Shown: positions 11,326-22,660, counted from the first letter of the stretch. The stretch: 32,000 bases of DNA from Mycoplasma mycoides subsp. capri (GCF_018389705.1 NZ_CP065581.1:870001-902000), one strand, 5' to 3'. Made by a program: numbers and translations. The notes: a model not told the origin generated them from the letters alone.

Positions 11326-12798
11326 CTATTTTCTAAATAATTTCTTATTTTTAAATTGGTTTTTAACAAAATCAATTGCTAATCTTTTATCTAACATTCC
11401 TTTTAAAATAATACAAAATCCAGTAATAGTTGAAACTACTAAAAAACTAATACATACACTTATAATGTAACGATCATTAAAAATCGAATCTATTTTTTGA
11501 TCAATGTTATTTAATAAAAATAGTTTTTGATCAATGCTTTCAAATACTTTTTGTCCTGTAATTTGTTTGATTGCCTGAATATAATTTGATCCAATAATTT
11601 GCTCATTATTAGAAGTATTTCAAGCGATTAATAATTTATGTAATTCAAGTTGGGAAATAAAAATACTTAATATTAATAATGATATTAAAATTGATAATAA
11701 TATAAACTTAGTTCTTAAAACTAATTGTGATGATTTTTGACCTCTAATTGAAATAGTTAATAAAAATAAAACTGTTGATAAAGTAATACCTAAAAAAATA
11801 ATTGGTGAAGATAGTATTAATAAAGGACTACTTTTAGTTAAATTTAATTGATTTTTATATTGATCAAAAATCGTATTTCAATTTTGATAATCTTTTAATA
11901 AATTAGGTAGTTGGTGTGTTCAATAAATTAATGATTTTTCACTACCTCTAGTTGAAATTGCAACAATATAAATTAGTATTGGAAAACAAATCATCAATAC
12001 TAAAATAATTAATCAATTAGATAAAGTTTTATCAGTAAAAGAAAATAAATTATTTACATATAATTTGATTCTATTTTGATAAATCACTTTATTTTTTTGA
12101 ACAAAATAATTTATGTATTTATCTTCACTATTTTTTTCATATTCAAAAAAAGTAATATTTTGTAAAGAAATACTTGTAACAAACATTAAAAAGATTTGTA
12201 CAAAAATAATTCATCAAATATTATTAACATCAATTCAGTTATAAATACTACTTGTATTTTTTTCAAATTCGATAAATTGTGTAGTAATCTTTTTAAAATC
12301 ACTGATTTTATTATCTAATCCACTAATTACTTGATAGTTAAAAAAGTCTTGAAAATACCCATAAAAATATTGAGAAATTCCTTGAAATAAAATAGTTAAA
12401 ATTCCAAAAATAATAATTAAAGCAATAATTGCTTGTTTATATCTTTTATTATTGGACATATTTACTAATGCTTTAAAACTAATAAACATCGTAATAACAA
12501 TTGCCATAAATACTAAAGCACTAATAGCTAATCCTCAAATTTGAGACTTACTTGGCAGATCTACATATTTTGAAATAATACTATAATTTGCAAAATAAAA
12601 ACTTAAAGATTCATGTTTAAAAATTAAGTGTAAATAAGCATAAAAAGGTAGTAGTGTAATTAAAAAAACAACTAATCCCAAAATAGCTTTTAAATAAATA
12701 GAAAAGTTTTTTTGTTCAATTTTAGGATCAATATCTTTAATTCTCATTGAAAATTTATTATTTATTATTTTAATTTTAAAGTTTTTATTTTTATACAT
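11326..12798 (-). CDS. Multi-pass membrane protein of unknown function, 490 aa
   Basis: One frame (12535..12798, 12235..12507, down to TAG 11326) with UGA=Trp; several hydrophobic segments (AILGLVVFLITLLPFYAYLHLIF, IIALIIIFGILTILFQ, and others). Confidence 0.75.
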
Positions 12799-12806
12799 AT
12801 TTGTCC

Positions 12807-13655
12807 TTAAAAATTTTTAATAATTAAATTTCTTCAATAATCATTGTAGTCTTTTTTAAATTCTCATTTATATTTTAAACAATTATTAATCAATAATTGT
12901 TCTATTGAGTCTTTTTGTAATCATCCAAACTCTAAAACAATTAAAAAGTTTTTATTAGTATCAACAATTTTATCTATATTTTTAATTAAAATTTCATAAA
13001 AATATAAGCCTTTGTTTGGTGCAAATAAAGCAATACTTGGTTCAAAATCTATTACGTTTTTATCTATATTTTGATCATTTATATCAATATATGGAGGATT
13101 ACAAATTATTAGATTTGCTTTTAGATTATTTTTAATTAAAACATCAATAAAATTTCCATTTAAACAAGTGGTATTTGTTAAATTAAATTTCTTAATATTT
13201 TTATTAGCTACTTTTAAAGCTTTATAAGATATATCAGTTAAAATCACTTTATTTTGATCATTTAATAAAGCACAACTAATCCCTAAACACCCACTACCAG
13301 TACACAAATCAACTATTAATAAATTATTATTATTTTTAACAAATTCACTAACATGATCAATTATTAATTCAGATTCATTTCTTGGAATTAAAACATCTTT
13401 ATTAATAAAAAAATTATTAGAATAAAAATATTTACTTTTTAAAATGTAAGCTAAAGGGTAGTTTTGTTTTAATAAATCAAGTATTTGATCTATTTTATAA
13501 ATTTGTTTTTTTGTTAATTTATGATCTAAATTACTAATAATTCATTGGTAATCTTTATTTATAATATGTTCTAAAATATGATAAACATCAGCCTTATTCA
13601 GACTGATGTTAGTGTTTTTTATTTTATTTAAAACATTAAAAATAGTGTTATTCAT
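12807..13655 (-). CDS. prmC: Peptide chain release factor N5-glutamine methyltransferase
   Basis: 282 aa; [17 protein letters not shown] (SAM motif), [10 protein letters not shown] (NPPY motif), [20 protein letters not shown]; next to prfA. Confidence 0.93.
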
Positions 13656-14742
13656 TGTTTTTTTCTAATTGCTCAGCTACTTTTTGACGTTGTTCTTCAT
13701 TAATTAAAGCAATAATAAATTCATCAATATTACCTTCCATAACTTGATCTAATTTATTTAAAGTTAAACCAACTCTATGATCAGTAACACGATTTTGTGG
13801 GTAATTATAAGTTCTAATTTTTTCAGATCTAGCACCAGTTCCAACTGCATTTTTTCTTGTTGCATCAGCTTGAGCTTGTTGTTTTTCAACTTCAGCTTCA
13901 TAAACTTTTGCTCTTAACATTGTCATTGCTATATCTTTATTATCATGTTGAGATCTTCCATCTTGACTAGTTACAACAATTCCAGTTGGTAGATGTGTAA
14001 TTCTTACTGCTGAATCAGTAGTGTTAACATGTTGACCACCAGCTCCAGAAGCTCTATATGTATCAATTCTTAAATCATTTGATTTAATTTCAATTTCAAC
14101 TTCACTCATTTCAGGTAAAACTGCAACAGTTGCTGTTGAAGTTTGAATTCTTCCTTTAGCTTCAGTTTTTGGAACACGTTGGACACGATGAGCTCCTGAT
14201 TCAAATTTTAATTTAGAATAAACTCTATCACCTTTGATCATAAATACAACTTGACTATAACCACCAGCTTCACCAACTGATGCTTCTAAAATATTTATTT
14301 TTCAATTTTGAGTTTCAGCATAAAGTTTATACATTCTTAAAAGATCACCAGCAAAAATATTAGCTTCATCTCCACCAGCAGCCCCTCTGATTTCAACAAT
14401 AACGTTTTTATCATCATTTGGATCTTTTGGTAATAACATTTCTTCAATTACTTGTTGTAAATGTTCAACTTTATCATTATTTTCATCTAATTCAATTTTT
14501 GCTAGTTCAATTAATTCTTGATCTTTTTCATTTTCTAATATAGCTTTAGCATCTTTTATATGTTCAACTGCTTGTTTATATTCAACAAATTTTTCAACAA
14601 CTTCTTCTAAATTAGATTTTTCTTTGTTTAGTTCAGTAAATTTTTTAATATCTTTTAAAATATTTTCATCTTCTAAATCTTTTAAAATTTGAAGCAATCT
14701 TTTTTGCATTGTTTCTAATGCTTCATATGTTTTAGCGTTCAT
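13648..14742 (-). CDS. prfA: Peptide chain release factor 1
   Basis: 364 aa with one internal UGA=Trp; [65 protein letters not shown]. Confidence 0.98.
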
Positions 14743-14744
14743 AA

Positions 14745-15374
14745 TTACACTTCCTTTTTAGGAGCTATAAAACAGTTTCTACATCTTGCTTCATAACTTT
14801 CTTTTCCGTCAACTAAAATTAAAGGAGAATCTCATAAAGCAGGTTGACCATTAACAATTCTTTGAGATCTATTTGCAAAATTTCCACATAAATGACATCT
14901 AGCTCTTAGTTTAGTTACAAATTCTGCTGTTACTAATAACTTATCAACGTTTTTAAATGGTAAGCATCTAAAGTCTTTATCTAATCCATTAACTATTACA
15001 ATAATTCCTTGATTTGCTAATTGTTCAATTAACTCAACAACTTGTTCATCAAAAAATTGTACTTCATCAATTCCTATTACATCAACTTGTTGAATTTGAT
15101 TTTCTTTTTCAATAATTTGTTTAATTTCATCACTTGAATGTACTAAATAAGAATCTAATTTACTTCCTGAATGTGAAATTATATTTTCAACTGAATATCT
15201 ATTATCAATACTTGGTTTAAAAGCTAATACTCTTTTTTTAGCATAACTTAAAACTCTTAAACGTCTTATAAATTCTTCAGTTTTTCCAGCAAACATACAA
15301 CCTGTAATTAGTTCAATTCAACCCATTTTATTAGAATTATATGCTTCTATTTCATTAATATCTAATTCTGTCAT
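14745..15374 (-). CDS. tdk: Thymidine kinase
   Basis: 209 aa [54 protein letters not shown]..., [12 protein letters not shown], zinc-ribbon cysteines CHLCG and CRNC; RBS GGAGAAC. Confidence 0.96.
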
Positions 15375-15375
15375 T

Positions 15376-16326
15376 TTATTGTTCTCCTTTAATTAATTGT
15401 TCTAAATCATTAATTAAATCATTAATTTGATCTAATGAACTAATTTCAGCTCCACTAGCTAATCTATGACCTCCACCATTATATTTATTTGCAATTTTAT
15501 CAATACTAAAATCTCTACTTCTTAGTGATACTTTTAAAATATCTTCTACTTGTATAATTGTAAATCAAATTTTAATTTCTTTAATTCCACTCATAGCTGA
15601 AAGTGCTAATTTAGTTTCTTCATAACTCAAATCTCAACCTTTTAAATCTTCATCTAATAAAACAATATAAGCAATACCAGTATTAGTTAATTTCATTTTA
15701 GAAAAACTATACATCACTCATTGTCTTAATTTTAAATCTGATACATATAAAAAGTCATTTGCTTTTTTTAAATTAGCTCCAGCTTCTAATAGCTTAGATG
15801 CAACATAAAAAGTTGTTTGATTAGTTTTATCATATAAAAATCTATTTGAATCAGTTAATAAGCCTAAATATAAATTATAAGCAGCAGTTGGTGAAATAAA
15901 TAAATCATTTTCTAAAGCTCATAAACTAATAACTTGAGTATTTGAAATACTACTATCATCTACTAAATCATTATTACAATAATCTTCAACATTTATATGA
16001 TGATCAATTTTAAAACTATCACAACTTAAATCAAATCTATTAAAATCTACTCTTTTTTTTGTAGCAGTATCAACTGTAATAATTAAACTATTTTTAACAA
16101 ATTCATCACTTAAATTAGTTTCATCAATAAAAAAACTATCATCATCACTAATTCTAGATCCCACTACATAAATAGTTTTATTTTTAAAATTATCATTAAT
16201 AATATTTGCTAATCCAATTGCACTACCTTGAGCATCTCAATCAGGTTGTTTATGTTTTGTAATAATAATATTTTGATATTGCTTAATTTTATCTAATAAT
16301 AGTTGTGATTTTTTTTGATCTAACAT
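15376..16326 (-). CDS. DHH/DHHA1-family phosphoesterase (NrnA-like oligoribonuclease/pAp phosphatase)
   Basis: 316 aa; KHKQPDWDAQGSAIGLANII, IITVDTATKKRVD, KIDHHIN (DHH motif), C-terminal NGGGHRLASGAEI. Confidence 0.88.
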
Positions 16327-16335
16327 ATAACTCCT

Positions 16336-18234
16336 TTAATTAATATTACTAATAGAATCTTTACTTATATAAAGTACTATTTCATCATTATCTTTATATA
16401 AATTAGTTCTATCATAAAAATAAATTTTTTCTTTTTCTTCAGTTAGTGCAAAATACATTGATTTATCTATAAATTTTTTAGATTTAATTACTGTTGCTGA
16501 TAGTAATAAATTAATTCTTTTTTTAGGTTCTGTTGAGATTTTTAATGGGTTAAATGAAATATAACCAGTATCTTTTAAATTATAATTAGTTAATACTCAA
16601 GTTGATTCATTTAAAAATTTAATTTCATTTTCATTAATTTTTTTATAACTAATTTTATTAATGTTATTATCTTGTTTTTTTAATAAACTATCAAAAATAT
16701 CAACAGTTAGCATTTCTTTTAATTCTAATTTGTTATTAGTATAATAAATGCTTTTATTTAAATCATATACATCATTTATAGAATCATTTAAAAAAATAAA
16801 AGTCATTAATGGATGGTGTTGTTGAATACTTTTAATAGTTTCAAATAATTGTAAAAGTTCTTTTTCTGATAGATGTTTTGTTATATTAAAAAAGATAATA
16901 TTTCTTTTTTTAAGATTAATAGCTTTTAAAATTTTTAAATAAACAATATTTAAAGATAAATACTTAACACTACTTTTAATAAATCATTCAAATTTAATGT
17001 TGTAATTATCAACACTAGTTGACATTTTCTCAACTGCTTGTTTAAAAACACTTTTAATTTCTTTTTTCTTTTCTTTTTTTTGTTTTAAAAATCTTCTTTT
17101 ATCAATATATTCTAATTCATCAGATAATACTCTTTCATGGTATTGATGTATTAAAAAATTGATTGTTTCACCTAATTGTTGAGTGGTTTTTCTAATTGGT
17201 TCTATGTGAAGTTCTATTTGTTGTTTTTCAAGATCATTTAAAGTGTTTTTATTAGCATTTTTTCAATCTGTAAAATATTTTTTTGTTTGTTCTCAATTAT
17301 TATTTATATCTTTTTTTTCTGCTTTATTAGTAGTTGATGATAATAATGATCTTAAATATTTTTTAAATTCAAAATCTAATTGTTTTTCAAATTGTTTTAA
17401 TCTTTTTTGTTGTCTAAAAATACTTAATCTCAGATCTGCTATTTTAGTACTAATTATTCTTAATTGTTTATGAACTGCATAATATGTTTGTTGATAAGCA
17501 AATTTTTTTCAACTCTTTTTAAGTTTTTTATTTGATGAATGTTTAGCATTATACTCACAACTACAATTATCTCTAAGTTCATCTAAAGCATAAACATTAT
17601 CTCATAAAGTTTGTTGAAACATTAACATTAAAGTAGCTGTTTTAATTTCAGTTTTTAAGTTTTCTACTGCTTTAGAAAGTAATCGTATTTGAATAGGTCA
17701 TTTTTCAGCAATTGCTAAAAACTTTTCTTGGTTGTGTTTTTTTTGAGTATTAATAGATTCGTTTAATGCTTTTTGTTCTTCTCTTGTTTTTGAAATAATA
17801 TGTTTAGAAATTAAATTATCAATATTTTGTCTTAATTTTTTATCATTAGCTTCACCTTTACTTGCAACTAGTGATAAATATTCATATTTTTTTTCAAGAT
17901 ATTTGTTTGATGCAGTTTTTAAAAAGTTTTGGTCAAATAATAAAGAAAGTACTAAAACTCATTTACTTGGAATTATACGTTGAAATCAAGTATCACGTTT
18001 TATAAATTCAACATGTTTTTTAGTATAAGCTCTATTAATAATATCAAAATCATCAATTTGAAATCTACCAGAACTATTTTTCTTTTTACCTAGTAAAACT
18101 TTTATAAAAAAGTCCATTTCTTTTTTATTATCAATAACAATATCAACAATTTGTCCATCATCAGCAATAAAATCAACTTTATTTAAACTAGGATTTTTAG
18201 AACGAAAAGTTAATTCTTTAATCTTATATGACAT
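16336..18234 (-). CDS. Large coiled-coil protein with ends resembling a degenerate ABC-transporter ATPase
   Basis: 632 aa; start MSYKIKELTFRS... chosen because TTGGAGG lies at RBS distance; internal frame joined across UGA codons (16597..16806, 17986..). N-terminal DGQIVDIVIDNKKEMDFFIKVLLGKKKNSSGRFQIDDFDI and C-terminal VKYLSLNIVYLKILKAINLKKRNIIFFNI...LMTFIFLNDSINDVYDLNKSIYYTNNKLE follow the ABC fold pattern without the catalytic residues. Confidence 0.75.
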
Positions 18235-18306
18235 AAAATTAACCTCCAACAACTAATATTATTTTAATAGATTTGTCAAATAAAAAAGGTCCTAGGGACC
18301 TCAAAA

Positions 18307-18585
18307 TTATTTGTTTTCTTTATTTTTTGCTTTTTGAGCTTGAGATTGTTTTTCAGCTTGTGCTTTAATTGTATCTCTTTTAGCAAATTTTGATTTAAAC
18401 TGTTCAACACGACCAGCAACGTTTGTATAAGTTTGAGCTCCAGTATAAAAAGGATGACAATTTGAACAAACATCAACTCTTACTTCTTCACCTTTAGAAG
18501 TTCCACAAACTCATTCACTTGCACATGTTGTACAAATAAATTTAGCTTGATCAAAGTACTTTGGTTGAATATCAATTTTTGGCAT
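18307..18585 (-). CDS. rpmE: 50S ribosomal protein L31
   Basis: 92 aa MPKIDIQPKYFDQAKFICTTCASEWVCGTSKGEEVRVDVCSNCHPFYTGAQTYTNVAGRVEQFKSKFAKR; zinc-binding CTTC and CSNC. Confidence 0.96.
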
Positions 18586-18700
18586 AGTTATTCTCCTTGC
18601 TATGTTATCATTATGATATTTAATTTACTACTAAAGTATACAACAAATTAGTTTAAAATAAAGCTTTATATAATTAAAAATATAAATATTAAAATAAAAA

Positions 18701-18726
18701 AAATAATAGCAAATTTGCTATTATTT
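18701..18726 (-). terminator. Intrinsic terminator downstream of the glycerophosphodiester phosphodiesterase gene
   Basis: Perfect 26-nt palindrome AAATAATAGCAAATTTGCTATTATTT, then a T run on the minus strand. Confidence 0.85.
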
Positions 18727-18746
18727 TACTTACTATTATTTATTAT

Positions 18747-19451
18747 TTAATTTTTTGGATATAGATCAGGATAATCTGAAATATAACCATTAATTAAATC
18801 TTTATACATCTTGTGTAAAATTTCTACATCAGACATTTTTTTAAATGTTCAAACATTTAAAGGAATATTTAATTTTTTAAATAGTTCACAATTTGATTGT
18901 TTTTTTAATAGGGTAATTGGAGGATGCAAAAAGTCAAATTTTTTACCTAATTCAACATCAAATTGAGACATTTTTTCAAATAAATATCCTGATTTGTAGT
19001 AATTTTCTTTTCTTTTTAAAATTTCTTTTAATACTACTGGACTAAATGATGAAACAATAATTTCAACACCTTTATTACAGTATTTTTTAATAGCATTAAA
19101 GATAATGTCTAATTCATCTTCAGTGTAATGATCTGGTTTAATTTCAACATTGATCATTTCATATTGATCAAAATATCTATCCATAAATACTTCAAATAAA
19201 ATAGGAGTTGCTAGAGGATTTTCAACAAAGTAAGGAATTTTTGTAATTTCATCATAAGTTAAAGTTTTAACACCTCTATTTAAATTACCAATTCTTTTAA
19301 AGTTGTGATCATGGAAAATGATAATCTTGTCATCTTTTGTTAATCTGATGTCAAATTCAACAGCTTTACAAATTGTTAGTGCATTTTTAAAGTCATATTC
19401 ACGGTTTTCTCCATAAAGACCTCTAAAACCACGGTGTGCTACTAAGATCAT
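18747..19451 (-). CDS. glpQ: Glycerophosphodiester phosphodiesterase family protein
   Basis: 234 aa MILVAHRGFRGLYGENREYDFKNALTICKAVEFDIRLTKDDKIIIFHDHNFKRIG..., INVEIKPD; GAGGTG RBS upstream. Confidence 0.88.
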
Positions 19452-19863
19452 TATATTCACCTCTCTTTTATATAAGAAGAATTATTGTAGAATTATTATT
19501 TAATTATTTATTATTAAGTTTTATATTTATTATAGAAATTTTATTTATTTAATAACATTTTTTTATCAGCTTTAAATGAGAAATAAAACCAATATTAGCT
19601 AATAAATCAATAAGATCATTTAATGATTTTTATAACCTGTTTTAGTGTTTTGATTTTTAACAAGTTTTTATAATAAAGACAAATTTACTAAAAATAATAT
19701 ATAACTGTTTGTAGATATTCAGCTTAGTTTAATTTAAAGTTTAAGTTCATGTTAAGAATAAAAATATTTATATAAAAAGAAATAGTTATAATAACAACAT
19801 CAACTAGTATTAGAATTAATAAAGTTTAAAATTTTATTTACTAGAATATTTCTTTTATATTTG

Positions 19864-19889
19864 TATAAGGTTATGTTACTAACCCTATA
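19864..19889. promoter_or_regulatory. Imperfect dyad overlapping a candidate promoter of the MFS gene
   Basis: TATA-a-GGTTA-TGTTAC-TAACC-c-TATA; a plus-strand TATAAT is at 19886-19891. Confidence 0.4.
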
Positions 19890-19999
19890 ATTTAATTTTA
19901 TGCCAATAGTGATTTAAATATTTAACCTTGCAAATAAAATAATAATTTGAAAATGCGTTCATCTTTATTTAGAGGACTTGTACATGAACTAAAATAATA

Positions 20000-20023
20000 T
20001 TAGGTAATTAATTAGTTACCTAA
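20000..20023. promoter_or_regulatory. Inverted repeat just upstream of the MFS RBS
   Basis: TTAGGTAA-TTAATTAG-TTACCTAA, perfect 8-bp arms, directly before AGAAAGG and the ATG at 20041. Confidence 0.5.
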
Positions 20024-20040
20024 AGAAAGGTAAATAGTTC

Positions 20041-21528
20041 ATGACAAAAACAACAAAGCCAAACCCTTTCACAAATTTTATAAATAAAACTTTTAAAACT
20101 TTTGATAAAAAAACATTATTTGTTATTATGCTACTAGCAGTTTCAGATACTTTAGTGTTTATTTTCCCTTCTTATTTAAGAAACGTTATGAGTTCTGAAG
20201 TAATAAGTTTATATTTGGGAGTAAAAACTGAACATTTATCTCAAGCTAGTGCAATTTATGGTTATATTTCTTTAGCAATTTATTTTTTTGGATCAATATT
20301 AGGAGATAAACTTAGTGTTAAGTGATTAACTATTATAGGTCTTGCAACATTTGGAGTTTCTGGAGCTTGATATGGATCAATTGGTTTAACTGCTGGTGGA
20401 GCTTTAGTTTCTAGTGCTAATGGACCAATTCTAAATGAAACTGGAGTTCAATCTCGTTTTATTCAACTATGTATAATCTATTCAATTTGAGCTTTTGCTA
20501 AAATAATTTTTTGAGCTCCATTATGAAAATTACTATCTCAACAAGGTAAACCAGAACAAAATGGTATTTTAAATGGAATACATGGTAGTTTTAATGGATT
20601 TGCAGGAACAGTTTTAGTTTCAATTGGATATATTTTATTCTTTGTACTAACTCCTTTATTTGCTGGAAAAAACATTTCAACTCCTAGTGTATGAAACTTT
20701 TCAATTATGATTTATATGTTTTGTGGTTTAATTGCACTAACTGTTATTTTATTAATTTTCACAGTTAAAGAAGATAAATCAGAAAAAGAAGAAAACGCTT
20801 CATTTAACATAAAAGATGTATTTGGAATATTAAAAAATGTAAAAATTTGATTAGTATCACTTGTTGTTATGGGTGTTTATATGTATCAAATGGGGTTAAG
20901 TATTTTAGTATCTTATTTAGAGGTATCACTACAAGTTGCTGCAGTTGCTGTGTTTGTAGGTGGATTATTAAGAACTTATTTATTTAGATTTATTTTTTCA
21001 GCTCCTGCTGGTAAAATTGCTGATAAAACTGGTAAGTATATTAAGTTCTTAATGACTGGTATTTTAATAGGAACATTTTTAGTAACAACAGTTCTATTAT
21101 TACCTGGATTTAGAGTTGGTTGAATAATAGAAAAAGCTCCTAAATGATATTTATGAACAGTAAGAGTTATTGTTTATACATTCTTTTTATGTTTAGGTGC
21201 TTTATGTTGAGGTTTAGTAACTAATAGATGAGCTACTTTATTTGAAATTGGAATTGATAGAAAACATTATGCTTCAGCTGTTGGAATTGTTAGTGTTGTA
21301 GCCTTTACACCAGATGCTTGATTTCAACAATTACAAGCAGTTCTAATTGCTAAATATAAAGTTGCTGATCCTTTAATAAAAGGTGGATATAACAATCAAT
21401 TTGCTTATCAAATTTTAATGATAATAATTGTTGTTATTAGTTTAGTTGGATTTGCAGCTGGTGCTTTACTAATTTATTTAAACAATAAAGATAAAAAAAT
21501 GGCTCAACTTCAAACTCAAGTTCAATAA
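20041..21528 (+). CDS. Major facilitator superfamily transporter (12-TM type, organophosphate/hexose-phosphate transporter-like)
   Basis: 495 aa with UGA=Trp: MTKTTKPNPFTNFINKTFKTFDKKTLFVIMLLAVSDTLVFIFPSYLRNVMSSEVISLYLGV...; repeated hydrophobic helices; FRFIFSAPAGKIADKTGKYIKFL loop typical of MFS. Confidence 0.85.
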
Positions 21529-21563
21529 ATCAAAAAATAATTAATAATTAAATAATCGCAATT

Positions 21564-21586
21564 GACTCACGTATGTGAGTCTTTTT
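21564..21586 (+). terminator. Intrinsic terminator downstream of the MFS gene
   Basis: GACTCAC-GTAT-GTGAGTC followed by TTTTT. Confidence 0.9.
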
Positions 21587-21639
21587 ATTAAAAAAGTTGC
21601 CATTATTATACAAAGCAACTTTTAAATTAATTATATTAA

Positions 21640-22533
21640 TTATTTAGCTTTTCCTTGGCAACCAAATCAATTTGTTAATTCTAAGAATGTAGTTTTTAAA
21701 GCATCATATCCTGGTTTTAATAACTTACGTGGGTCAAATCCTTTTTTAGCATCATCAAGATCTTTTCTTTCTTCAACATATTTTCTAGTTGCGTCTCTAA
21801 ATGCTAATTGTAATTCAGTATTAACATTAATTTTTGCAATTCCCATTGAAATTGCTTTTTTAACTTGTTCTTGAGGAATTCCTGATCCACCATGTAATAC
21901 CATTGGCATTTTGCAAGCTTTTTGTAATCTTTCTAAAGTATCAAATGATAAAGATTGTCATCATGATGGATATTTACCATGAATATTTCCGATTCCAGCA
22001 GCTAACATAGTAATTCCAGTTTTTGAAATTTCTTCAGCTTGTAAAGGATCTCCTAGTTCACCTTGACCAATAACTCCGTCTTCTTCTCCACCAATTGATC
22101 CAATTTCAGCTTCAACTGAAACTTCATATTCTTCAGCAAATTTAATTAATTCTTTTGTCATTTCTAAGTTTTCTGCATATGGGAAATGTGAACCATCAAA
22201 CATTACTGATGAATATCCTGCTAGAATACATTTTTTAGCCATTTCTAATGATTGTCCATGATCTAAATGCAAAGCAACTGGAACAGTAATGTTTAAATAA
22301 TCTAATAATCCATTAACCATTCCAACAACAGTATTAACACCACCCATGTATTTAATAGCTCCTTCACTTGTAGCTATAATTACAGGTGTTTTTGAAGCTT
22401 CAGCAGCTTCTAAAATTGCTTTTGTTCATTCTAAGTTATTAATATTAAAGTGACCAATTGCATATTTGTGTCTATGTGCATCAATAACCATTTGTTTAGC
22501 ATTAACTAATTTTTTGTGGTATAACTTTGGCAT
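21640..22533 (-). CDS. fba: Fructose-bisphosphate aldolase, class II
   Basis: 297 aa with UGA=Trp; MPKLYHKKLVNAKQMVIDAHRHKYAIGHFNINNLEW, VALHLDHGQSLE, EAEIGSIGGEEDG, PMVLHGGSGIP, KINVNTELQLAF. Confidence 0.97.
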
Positions 22534-22660
22534 TCTACTATTACTTCCTTTTTTTAATCTATTTTAATATTATCACTTTTCTATTGTTTTAGTGGTAACA
22601 TATAAGCTCATAATTGGTAAATCCAAAAATATATTTAGAAACTAAGACAGTAAAAGGCAT

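Noticed and set aside
17243-17473. Plus-strand ORF MFLLAFFQSVKYFF..., 76 aa
   Set aside because: Low-complexity hydrophobic translation produced by reading Lys/Glu-rich coiled-coil codons antisense.
18235-18252. Upstream start MLEVNF for the coiled-coil protein
   Set aside because: It is a TTG codon overlapping the Shine-Dalgarno-like TTGGAGG; ATG at 18234 is properly spaced.
18276-18476. Minus-strand 66-aa ORF in the rpmE region
   Set aside because: Out-of-frame read of rpmE; the L31 frame is convincing.
19452-19460. Upstream start (MNIMILVAHRG) for the phosphodiesterase
   Set aside because: GTG is part of the GAGGTG RBS; the ATG at 19451 starts at the conserved N-terminus MILVAHRG.
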